This document shows, piece by piece, positions 20,210-28,775 of a DNA stretch of 64,000 nt; within the stretch, counting starts at the first letter, position 1, and each line of letters starts with the position of its first letter. Under the pieces are notes generated by a model, which saw nothing but the letters and a program-made list of their open reading frames with translations, made no database searches and was not told the origin of the DNA. The DNA is from a virus, in IMG/VR virus record IMGVR_UViG_3300009008_000026, positions 13,907 to 77,906 of that record, one strand, 5' to 3'. The translations under genes and the position numbers were made by a program.

Positions 20210-21231
20210 CAACCCTATCATATGATGACGTACTACTGCAGCCGCAGTATTCCGATATCCGCTCTCGTTCAGAGATTGATATGACTACTGACTTGGGTCG
20301 AGGGCTTGTGTTGGCAACTCCCATCTTCTCTTCCCCCATGGATACGGTCACAGAGGGGAGGATGGCTGTTGCTCTTGGAGAGTCTGGTGGGTGCGGTATC
20401 ATTCACCGATACAACACCACAGCCCGTCAGCAACGCTTTGTTGAGCGCGCTAAAACTTTGTCGAGGAATACTGGCATTAATGTCGGTGCTGCGATTGGCA
20501 TTACTGGTGATTATCTGGAAAGAGCAGAAGCACTAGTCAAATCGGGCGTGGCTTTCTTATGTGTCGATGTGGCCCATGGCCATCATATTCTTATGAAGGA
20601 GGCGCTAGCCGCGCTAAGGGAAAAATATCCCGATCTACACTTGATGGCTGGCAACGTCGCAACCTTGGAAGCGGTTAACGACCTGTCTGATTGGGGTGCC
20701 GATAGTGTGCGCTGTAACATCGGCGGCGGCTCCATCTGTACAACGAGAATTCAGACTGGACATGGCGTTCCCGGACTGCACACAGTCCTTGAGTGCGCGA
20801 AGACTGACCGCAATGTTAAGATTATTGCTGATGGTGGGATCCGAAATAGCGGTGATATTGTAAAAGCTCTAGCGGCCGGCGCAGATGCCGTTATGTGTGG
20901 TTCTTTGTTTGCCGGCTGCACTGAAGCGCCGGGAGAGGTCTTCCGTTCTTCTAGCGGAGAGACATGGAAAACATATCGCGGAATGGCATCTAAAGAAGCG
21001 CAGTCAGATTGGAAAGGAAATTACTCCAGCCTCGAAGGGGTTGCATCCAAAGTGCCTTATCGCGGCAGTGTATCTGTGGTGCTTAACGACCTTCGACGAG
21101 GTATTCGCTCCGGCTTTTCCTATACAGGTGCCCGCAACATAGAGGAACTGCATGCAAAAGCTCAGTTCATTGAGCAAACGACATCTGGACTAACTGAAGG
21201 TCACCCGCACATCATGGGGAGAACTTGGTAA
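20206..21231 (+). CDS. IMP dehydrogenase / GMP reductase (no CBS domains)
   Basis: LSYDDVLLQP, SSPMDTVT, DVAHGH, IGGGSICTTR, ADGGI, YRGMAS, EGV. Confidence 0.92.
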   Translation: MTTLSYDDVLLQPQYSDIRSRSEIDMTTDLGRGLVLATPIFSSPMDTVTEGRMAVALGESGGCGIIHRYNTTARQQRFVERAKTLSRNTGINVGAAIGITGDYLERAEALVKSGVAFLCVDVAHGHHILMKEALAALREKYPDLHLMAGNVATLEAVNDLSDWGADSVRCNIGGGSICTTRIQTGHGVPGLHTVLECAKTDRNVKIIADGGIRNSGDIVKALAAGADAVMCGSLFAGCTEAPGEVFRSSSGETWKTYRGMASKEAQSDWKGNYSSLEGVASKVPYRGSVSVVLNDLRRGIRSGFSYTGARNIEELHAKAQFIEQTTSGLTEGHPHIMGRTW

Positions 21232-21572
21232 TGAGCGATAATGATAATGACGCATCAATCGACTATGGCAAGTTAACAAAAAAGATTACCTTTGTTGATA
21301 ATGATCACCGTCAAGCAAAGATGCAGGTTAAACTCCAGTCAGCTAGTCTAACTCAGAGCGCCTTCTTTCGGGGGGTAATCACTGGGTTGATTGAGGGAGA
21401 CACTAGAATCGTTAGCTTTGTTGAAGATATGTCGTCAATATCAAAGGGAAGAAAATCTAAAACTCGCAAGCTGTCCGAGCAGGGAAAAACAGCCGTTGAA
21501 TCTCTTGGATTAAGCGAGCAACAAATGATTGATATCTTTGATATGATAGCAGAAGAGCACCCCGAACTATAA
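21231..21572 (+). CDS. hypothetical protein
   Basis: Translationally coupled ORF. Confidence 0.6.
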   Translation: MSDNDNDASIDYGKLTKKITFVDNDHRQAKMQVKLQSASLTQSAFFRGVITGLIEGDTRIVSFVEDMSSISKGRKSKTRKLSEQGKTAVESLGLSEQQMIDIFDMIAEEHPEL

Positions 21573-21655
21573 AAGTGCACTTTTTTTGACTTTAATGGAA
21601 CACATTACTATTTATTTTTGAGTTGAACGCATATATGTTCTAAGGAGAATACTAA

Positions 21656-22357
21656 ATGGCTCGTAAAAAACTATTATCTGAGGGCGAGGTTAGGCAATTC
21701 ATGAAATTGGCCAATCTTGGTGCCCTTTCTGAAAACTACTTTTCAAGCACCCTAGAGGAAGAAGAGGAAGAAGTCGTTGTTGACGAACTTCCTGTTGAAG
21801 ACGAAGAAATCGTCGACGAACTTCCCGGTGAAGAAGACATGGGACTCGAAGCACCAGACGAAGGCGCCGAAGGACTTGTAATGAGTCTTCTTCAACGCGT
21901 TCAAGACTGGGCTGAAGAGAACGGTGTTGAAATGGACCTAGACGGCAGCGAAGGAGGTGAACTTGAAGATGCCGAGCTAGAAGACGAAGTACCCCTCCCC
22001 GATGAGGAAATGATGGACGTGGAAGCAGTGGAAGAGATTCCAATGCAAGAAGACGATCTTTATGAAGGCGATCTCGCCGAAGTTGGTCAGGTGGCGTCTA
22101 TAAGACAACCAGAACGCCGGAAACCCGGAGTCCCCCGCAGTCAAACAAGGGATCCTAAGTCAGCATGCGCCCCAGGCGAACGCTGGAATGCCGAGCTTAA
22201 GCAATGCGATCCAGCGGCAGCTGGCGGCGAAGAAGCCATGGTTGCAGAAGTGGTACGCAGAGTTGCTGCACGCCTTAAGGGTGCAAAGCAAACAGCCACA
22301 GTAGCAGACCAGTTAGCCGAGCGCATTTTCGACCGACTGACATCAAAGTCCAAGTAA
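21656..22357 (+). CDS. very acidic putative head/scaffold-type protein
   Basis: LLSEGEVRQFMKLA start; Glu/Asp-rich; 33-nt internal duplication; preceded by ACTATTTAT at 21607. Confidence 0.65.
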   Translation: MARKKLLSEGEVRQFMKLANLGALSENYFSSTLEEEEEEVVVDELPVEDEEIVDELPGEEDMGLEAPDEGAEGLVMSLLQRVQDWAEENGVEMDLDGSEGGELEDAELEDEVPLPDEEMMDVEAVEEIPMQEDDLYEGDLAEVGQVASIRQPERRKPGVPRSQTRDPKSACAPGERWNAELKQCDPAAAGGEEAMVAEVVRRVAARLKGAKQTATVADQLAERIFDRLTSKSK

Positions 22358-22385
22358 AAACAAAACACTATTTACGAGCAAACTT

Positions 22386-22428
22386 ATTAGCCGCTGAGGA
22401 TAGCTCCTTTAGCGGCTAATTTGGTTTT
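22386..22428 (+). terminator. strong hairpin (intrinsic terminator or 5'-leader stem)
   Basis: ATTAGCCGCTGAGGA-TAGC-TCCTTTAGCGGCTAAT followed by TTGGTTTT. Confidence 0.6.
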
Positions 22429-22442
22429 AGAAAGGGAGCCCC

Positions 22443-22847
22443 ATGAGTTGGAGTCTATTTACAATCACATTTATCTTAGGATATCTTACCTGTAAAGCTT
22501 TATACTTTTTCAGAGCGGCACGACTGAGCTTATCTGTTCTACGAGCTACTCATCTTATGTCAACTGCCATATTGGCAAAATCAATGGAAGATCTTCATTA
22601 CGCAAGAATGTTCCGCATGCGCCATATGGCTGAGTCTGGCGAAACAGAGCACAATATTGATGCCTTTTCAATTCGTACGAATCAAGAGATAGGCTACTTC
22701 AAAGAAAAATCAATTAAAAACATCATAGAGTTGCACCCTCAATTCTTTAAACATATTTTAGAATTTGAGGATTGGGACGGTGCGATGAAATACTTAAATA
22801 GGAATGAGTCGATTGTGATCCATTTTCTTAAGGGGGGCGAACAATGA
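22443..22847 (+). CDS. hypothetical membrane-anchored protein
   Basis: N-terminal hydrophobic helix; RBS GGGAG. Confidence 0.65.
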   Translation: MSWSLFTITFILGYLTCKALYFFRAARLSLSVLRATHLMSTAILAKSMEDLHYARMFRMRHMAESGETEHNIDAFSIRTNQEIGYFKEKSIKNIIELHPQFFKHILEFEDWDGAMKYLNRNESIVIHFLKGGEQ

Positions 22848-23500
22848 TTAATCGCATTAAAGAGCTAATTGGTGCCGGAAGTGAAGGAGAGCCAGAAAAA
22901 ACTGAAGAGAAGCCAAAAATAATTATTATGGATCCAAGCGCCCTGAAAGAGGCAGTCGAAGCTCCAGCAGCAGAGTCTTATCTTATAGGACTCTTTGCTA
23001 CCGTTGAGGAAGAAAAGGTTTCTGAGTTGGTTCATGCATTATTGGCAGTTAGTGAAGAAAACAAGCGCCAACCAGAGGAGAAAAGAACTCCCGTTGATTT
23101 TTATATCTCCACATACGGCGGCTCGGCAGACGACATGTTTGGGCTCTATGATGTGATGCGCAGCACGAGAGAGACACAGCCAATCCGCACAGTTGGATTG
23201 GGCAAGGTAATGTCCGCAGGTGTCTTGTTGTTGGCTGCTGGCACCAAGGGACAGCGCAAGATCGCCAAGAACTGCCGCGTCATGATCCACTCAGTAGTCG
23301 GGGGCAACCACGGTGCCCTTCATAACATGCTAAATGAGATGGAAGCCATCGAGGATCTGCAACACATGTTTATAAATTGTTTGGTAGCAGAGACAAAAAT
23401 GTCGAAAACACAACTTAAAAAGATGTTGGATCGCAAGGTTAATGTCTATTTATCAGCAGAAGAAGCGGTCGAACTAGGGATCGCTGATATAATTGTTTAA
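22844..23500 (+). CDS. clpP: ClpP-family protease, paralog 2
   Basis: ISTYGGS, GKVMSAG, VMIHS, YLSAEEAVELGIAD. Confidence 0.88.
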   Translation: MINRIKELIGAGSEGEPEKTEEKPKIIIMDPSALKEAVEAPAAESYLIGLFATVEEEKVSELVHALLAVSEENKRQPEEKRTPVDFYISTYGGSADDMFGLYDVMRSTRETQPIRTVGLGKVMSAGVLLLAAGTKGQRKIAKNCRVMIHSVVGGNHGALHNMLNEMEAIEDLQHMFINCLVAETKMSKTQLKKMLDRKVNVYLSAEEAVELGIADIIV

Positions 23501-23517
23501 ATAAGAGAGTCTATATA

Positions 23518-25146
23518 ATGAGCTTACAGAAAATACTCCAAGAAGAATACGAGAAGAAACTTATTCTCACCCCAAACCACCTACTTGAGATGATTGAGGA
23601 GATAATGGCACAAGCCCCACTCACCGCAATGGACACTCTTGTTGAAGACGCAGCCACTGGCGGCCGGTTTAGTTTCAGTATTCCGATTCCCAAGCTTGTC
23701 CCCACAGAAGCCTGGGGTGATCCCGACAGCCAATCTCGCGGCGATATTGCAAGAATTTTTGATTCTATTACACGTGAGCCGGATATCCGCGCTAGAATTC
23801 AGCATGTTAATACTTTTTTGGATCCAGAGCAAGCCCTGAGAAAGGCTCCCGGCGGCAAGATTAACGCTGTTCTCAACATGATGCAGATTATCGAAGCACT
23901 TCAGGCTTGCCTTAATGACTACAATGAATCATCAGCCGGCTTTGTTTTTGAGGGCTTTATGGCTGCATTGACTGGTGGTAAGCAGATCGCCGGCAGAGTT
24001 GGGGGCACGCTCCCCATTGAAGATTTTGTTGCATTCTCCGAAACCGGGGACACGCCGGTGCCTACTAGTTTGAAGCTGTTGAGCCCTAATACACCTATTC
24101 ACGGCAGCTTTACAAACCTCGTTGATTACTTATTTATCCGCGGCGGACGAGGAGTACCAGAAATTCGATATTTGATCGCACTCAAAGACGTAGAAGCGGA
24201 AAACGTATCCAAACTTGCCTTCTTTGATTTTGTGATAAACAGAGACAATTTTATTGAGGTAATGCTTCAATCTAACAATGGAAGTTTGTTGGGTAAATCT
24301 GCAGCCGCCCTGAAGAAACATATTGCTACTTGGACTGACCCTAAATCGGATCCGGGCCCCGAATGGCGCCTTAAGATGCGCGACTTGCTTCGTTCGGCGC
24401 CGGGGTATACTGCAAACCGAGGCATGTTTTATGTAAACTTGGATAATGCCGGCACCTTCAGTGCAGACTCTGGACCAATTGCTGATCCTGATAAGAAGCG
24501 CAAACAGTATGGACTTGCCCGGGCGCAAGGTGAGACGACTGCTTTGCACAACGCAGCGCAACAGGCGGGTGCAGCTTCTTATCGAGGTGACGGTCCTCCT
24601 TTAGAGGACTGGATTAAAAACTTAGATTTAGATATGGAAGGGTATACCAAAAATAAGCGAATGAAGACCCTGCAAGCCATAGCAGATGCCTTTCAAGATG
24701 GCGTACGGCGCGCCGAAACAGAGCCGGAAGAGGAAACGGTTAAAGAGTCTTACTACGGTTTTGGTGCCTTTCACGAAAGAGAGAAACAACTAATGAAAGA
24801 GGAGCTTCTTCTGGAGGCTGGCAAATCATCAGGGGGCAGTCAGTGGGGAATTAGTCGCGGAAATATGAACGCGATGCGCACACTGGTTTCCACTGAATAC
24901 TATGGAGAGCTAGATCTGTCTCAGGCAAATATTGATGTACTCTCTAAAATTTATACTGACAAGCTGGGTGAAGACTTAATGAGTCTCTTGGAAATTACAA
25001 AGAACTTTTCCGAGAACATCGGTCGCTACTTTAGTACGCCGGATCGTGCAGAAGCTATTGAAGCCAACCAAACGGCTATTGCGCAAGGTGGTCAAATTAT
25101 TACGGGACTAGCTTCGGACCCCGCCGGCGCCAAGGAAGAAACCTAA
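23518..25146 (+). CDS. hypothetical protein, probably virion-associated
   Basis: 542-aa ORF; LQKILQEEY/LLEMIEE N-terminus; AGFVFEGFMA..D..SLK nuclease-like spacing; TCTATTTAT at 23445. Confidence 0.7.
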   Translation: MSLQKILQEEYEKKLILTPNHLLEMIEEIMAQAPLTAMDTLVEDAATGGRFSFSIPIPKLVPTEAWGDPDSQSRGDIARIFDSITREPDIRARIQHVNTFLDPEQALRKAPGGKINAVLNMMQIIEALQACLNDYNESSAGFVFEGFMAALTGGKQIAGRVGGTLPIEDFVAFSETGDTPVPTSLKLLSPNTPIHGSFTNLVDYLFIRGGRGVPEIRYLIALKDVEAENVSKLAFFDFVINRDNFIEVMLQSNNGSLLGKSAAALKKHIATWTDPKSDPGPEWRLKMRDLLRSAPGYTANRGMFYVNLDNAGTFSADSGPIADPDKKRKQYGLARAQGETTALHNAAQQAGAASYRGDGPPLEDWIKNLDLDMEGYTKNKRMKTLQAIADAFQDGVRRAETEPEEETVKESYYGFGAFHEREKQLMKEELLLEAGKSSGGSQWGISRGNMNAMRTLVSTEYYGELDLSQANIDVLSKIYTDKLGEDLMSLLEITKNFSENIGRYFSTPDRAEAIEANQTAIAQGGQIITGLASDPAGAKEET

Positions 25147-25155
25147 ATAAAGTTC

Positions 25156-25184
25156 TTGACACTAAGGACTCTGCCGGTTATAAT
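25156..25184 (+). promoter_or_regulatory. consensus sigma70 promoter
   Basis: TTGACA-17 bp-TATAAT upstream of groEL. Confidence 0.75.
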
Positions 25185-25216
25185 AAATAAGAACGTTTAA
25201 CACAAAGAGGTGAGAA

Positions 25217-26797
25217 TTGAGTAGCAGAGCATATAACAGTCAACAAGCACTACAGCAGAAGATAATGGATGGAGTTAATACGTTAGCCGATAACGTGGCT
25301 TCAACACTTGGTCCCCGCGGCCGCAACGTCCTCCTACAAGAACAGGGAAAGAAACCCTTCATTACAAAAGATGGTGTTACTGTCGCAGCATTTGTTGCAC
25401 TTGATGATCCCTTTGAAAACGCAGCAGCCCATATAATTAAGCAGGCTGCAGTGCAGACCAACTCGGATGCTGGCGATGGCACCACGACTGCCACAGTGCT
25501 AGCACGTGCTATTCTGCGAGAAGCCCAAAGATACATTGCATCAGGAATCTCCCCAATAGAACTACAAAGAGGGATTGAAGTAGCAGCCAGAAGTATTACA
25601 GCCAACCTTAAGAACATGGCAACCCCGATTACTAGCGTCGATGATATCACCCACATCGCAACCATCTCTGCCAACAATGATACTGCAATTGGAGAGCTTA
25701 TCGCTCTCGCTGTGGATCGTGTTGGGCAAGATGGCTCTATTACAATAGAGGACTCTCGCTCGCTTGAGACTTCTATCGACATAACGGAAGGGTTTCGGTT
25801 GCCATCGGGGTATTGTGCTAGCGCGTTTGTTACAGATGAGCGCCGCGCCATGATGAAATACGACGAACCTCTCATCTTGGTAACTGACTACAAAATCTCA
25901 GCAGTGGAGCCTATTCTTCCGTTGCTTGAGCTTGTTGCACGAGAGGGTCGACCGTTGATTGTGGTCGCCGAAGAGGTCGAAGGACAAGCACTGGCGGCGA
26001 TGATTATGAATGCGGTGCGAGGCTCTCTCAAGGTTGCAGCGATTAAGGCTCCCTTCTATGGCGAAGAACGCCGCACCACGATGTCAGACTTGGCACTCTC
26101 GGTGGGTGCTACCTTCGTAACGCGTGAATCAGGAGCCAAGCTCGCAGCAGTCAAACTGTCGGACTTAGGTAGCGCAAGTTCGATTGAGAGCAATAAGCAT
26201 AACACAACCATCATCGGTGGGACAGCAGACTACGAACAAATCGAACACCGCATTGAAAGCCTCAAAGAAGAAATCAAGGCAACAGAGTCGATACAGGAAG
26301 GAGAGATTCTCCAGCGTCGAATCGTACGCTTGGCGTCTGGGGTTGGAGTTATCCGTGTTGGTGGAGCCACAGAGGTGGAGATGATTGAGAAGAAGCATCG
26401 TATTGAGGACGCCCTTGAAGCAGTTAAATCTGCCCAAGAAGAGGGCACTGTTCTTGGGGGCGGTAGTGCTCTGCTTCGAGCATCAAGAGAACTCGAACTG
26501 TCAGAGCTAGATAATAGTGATCAGGCACTCGGCATTGCAATAGTAAAAGAAGCGTGCAAGGAACCAATCCGGCAGATGGCTCTGAACGCTGGGCTCTCGC
26601 CTGACTTGATTCTTAAGCAAGTTTCTGAGGCAGATGAGACGCAGGGATGGGACTTTCGTCGTAATGAGTTAACAGACCTATATGAGAACGGAGTGATAGA
26701 CCCCGTTAAAGTTACTTGTTGTGCACTGCAGAATGCAGCTAGTTGTGCGGGCACACTAATTACTACTAACTTCGGTATCATCCAGACAGGGATTTAA
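25217..26797 (+). CDS. groEL: chaperonin GroEL
   Basis: TLGPRGRNV, ITKDGVTVA, AGDGTTTATVLA, VGGATEVE, GVIDPVKV; no GGM tail. Confidence 0.96.
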   Translation: MSSRAYNSQQALQQKIMDGVNTLADNVASTLGPRGRNVLLQEQGKKPFITKDGVTVAAFVALDDPFENAAAHIIKQAAVQTNSDAGDGTTTATVLARAILREAQRYIASGISPIELQRGIEVAARSITANLKNMATPITSVDDITHIATISANNDTAIGELIALAVDRVGQDGSITIEDSRSLETSIDITEGFRLPSGYCASAFVTDERRAMMKYDEPLILVTDYKISAVEPILPLLELVAREGRPLIVVAEEVEGQALAAMIMNAVRGSLKVAAIKAPFYGEERRTTMSDLALSVGATFVTRESGAKLAAVKLSDLGSASSIESNKHNTTIIGGTADYEQIEHRIESLKEEIKATESIQEGEILQRRIVRLASGVGVIRVGGATEVEMIEKKHRIEDALEAVKSAQEEGTVLGGGSALLRASRELELSELDNSDQALGIAIVKEACKEPIRQMALNAGLSPDLILKQVSEADETQGWDFRRNELTDLYENGVIDPVKVTCCALQNAASCAGTLITTNFGIIQTGI

Positions 26798-26798
26798 T

Positions 26799-27005
26799 AT
26801 GCAAGTTGGGGATTTGTGCCACGTTCCGCAGGGAGTATATCTATATGATAACTTCCGCCTTTTTAGGAAGCGAACTGATATCCCCACCGTTGGAGTCTAT
26901 ATGGGCGAAGCCGGCTATGAAACACACGCTCTAATCTTCTTAGAGGGGCAGAAGTTCGCCGTTCGAAAAACAAACATTTATAAACTAAAGGACAAGACAT
27001 GTTAG
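26799..27005 (+). CDS. SH3/KOW-like minigene family member
   Basis: MQVGDLCHV...VGVY. Confidence 0.6.
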   Translation: MQVGDLCHVPQGVYLYDNFRLFRKRTDIPTVGVYMGEAGYETHALIFLEGQKFAVRKTNIYKLKDKTC

Positions 27006-27289
27006 TAAAACTTACAGAAGTCGTCAACAATGGCGCAGTCACAACTGGGGTGAAGTACACTCTAAGAGAAGTGATGATTAATCCCGAACACGTAATCATG
27101 ATTCGGGAAGATCATCGAATGAGTGTTCTAAATGAACAAGGGGCGATAGCAGACGGTCTAAGCGACGAACACACATTTTCCAAGCTCACGATTAATAGGG
27201 GCCACAGCGGCAGCGATATCATTGTCATCGGCTCTCCTGCGATTGTTGAGAAGCAGCTTAATAAAACTCCTACGCTTTTAAGGGGATAA
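26999..27289 (+). CDS. hypothetical protein
   Basis: MLVKLTEV...INPEHVIMIRE. Confidence 0.65.
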   Translation: MLVKLTEVVNNGAVTTGVKYTLREVMINPEHVIMIREDHRMSVLNEQGAIADGLSDEHTFSKLTINRGHSGSDIIVIGSPAIVEKQLNKTPTLLRG

Positions 27290-27290
27290 C

Positions 27291-27650
27291 GTGGGACAAC
27301 GTGTAACAATACAATATTCGATAGACATTGATAACCTGCCGAACGAGGTCAAGCGCCTCGTGGATCGGGTCGACCACGAAATTAGTACCCTGCAAGGTGT
27401 CAAGTGGTCCGCTGATCCGTTCACTCCAACTACGGGAGAACTAATCGCAGAAACAAGAGAGTCCTTGTCTGCAATCGATCATATGTTACAAGACATTGAT
27501 GTGATCATAGCGGGCTATTTACAGTATAAGGCGGGAACACGCGCAGCAGCAGAGCAAGCACCAGAGACGCTCCCTGCTGACGAGATTCAAGAAAGATTGT
27601 CGGAATTCCGCGCGAAGATGGGGCAGATCGATAATGAAGTCACCGATTAG
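27291..27650 (+). CDS. hypothetical protein
   Basis: GTG start after GGGGA; helical. Confidence 0.6.
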   Translation: MGQRVTIQYSIDIDNLPNEVKRLVDRVDHEISTLQGVKWSADPFTPTTGELIAETRESLSAIDHMLQDIDVIIAGYLQYKAGTRAAAEQAPETLPADEIQERLSEFRAKMGQIDNEVTD

Positions 27651-28398
27651 AGAGGCGATCAATAACTTTAAAGCCCTGTCTACTCTTCGCAAGATGATTC
27701 CACGTGGAAGTGTGATTCACTCATTTGCATTGTTTGACGGAGGGCTGGAAGTTGGGTTAGCGCATGATGACCGATTCGTGGTCGCACACACCACCAAATA
27801 TCCAGTGTATGAGTTTTGGTCATGTGCCTTAAAAGATCCTGTGCGCATCGCAACTCTGTCGAACTTTCTACACCCCGTAGAAGAGAATACCCACAAGGTA
27901 CTGCAGGAAAATTGGGCAAGATATCAAGACCCATACCTGCGAGCGGCACTATTCTTCTTATTAAACCAATGTTCAGACTCTGGGTTGATCTCGTCGGGGG
28001 TTCTAGACAATGATAAATATAACTCCTTCGCTGTATCTCGCTTAACCAACTTTAAATCATCAAATATTCATATAGAGTTTGATAATGATAGTACATTATC
28101 CGAAGCAATTCAAGGAGCAAGCAACGGGGACGTAGATTACCTCCTTGTTCCCGCTGGGAACTATAGCTATGGGTTTCTACATCACGGAAAGATACAAAGC
28201 TATGAGACAACTCCCATAAATCACAAAGAACTGTTCGCTACGATGAAGGCGATACAACACAAGTGGGTTCTTGTCTACAACTTCCATAAAGAAGTTAGAG
28301 ATATCTATAAAGAGTTTAAACAAACGATGATTGATAAGTATGGGAACCCTACGCTTAACGAAGAATCTTGCAAGGAGCTTATAATTGCCAACTTCTAG
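27634..28398 (+). CDS. degenerate D12-class (Dam-like) adenine methyltransferase-like protein
   Basis: MKSPI..., RAALFFLLN, HKELF...KWVLVYN layout of the D12 family; DPPY not present. Confidence 0.55.
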   Translation: MKSPIREAINNFKALSTLRKMIPRGSVIHSFALFDGGLEVGLAHDDRFVVAHTTKYPVYEFWSCALKDPVRIATLSNFLHPVEENTHKVLQENWARYQDPYLRAALFFLLNQCSDSGLISSGVLDNDKYNSFAVSRLTNFKSSNIHIEFDNDSTLSEAIQGASNGDVDYLLVPAGNYSYGFLHHGKIQSYETTPINHKELFATMKAIQHKWVLVYNFHKEVRDIYKEFKQTMIDKYGNPTLNEESCKELIIANF

Positions 28399-28735
28399 TG
28401 TAATCGCAGGCTTCGGACTGTTCGTGATGGGGCACATCTTGGCATGGTTTCAGCTAAACTCGCAGTTTGTGTGGGAATGGTGGGAGAAACACCCCGTCTT
28501 CACAGTGGCGCTATACGCCATTCCTACGGGGCTTTGCTTCTTGATGGGGTCTAAGCTCATTGTGGATGCTACGGGCGCCCTGTGGACGTCTAGGTTCCTC
28601 GCATTCTCTGCCTCCTATCTTGCGTTCCCGCTGCTTACGTGGTATTTCATGGGCGAGACTATGCTAACAACCAAGACAATGGTCTGCGTGCTTCTCTCTT
28701 GCATGATTGTAGCGGTCCAACTCTTTTGGAAGTAA
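28385..28735 (+). CDS. 4-TM small membrane protein (DMT/SMR-like)
   Basis: Four hydrophobic helices in 116 aa. Confidence 0.6.
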   Translation: MPTSSVIAGFGLFVMGHILAWFQLNSQFVWEWWEKHPVFTVALYAIPTGLCFLMGSKLIVDATGALWTSRFLAFSASYLAFPLLTWYFMGETMLTTKTMVCVLLSCMIVAVQLFWK

Positions 28736-28775
28736 TGTAAAATAACCAACTATTTATTGTATTGGAGGAAATTTG

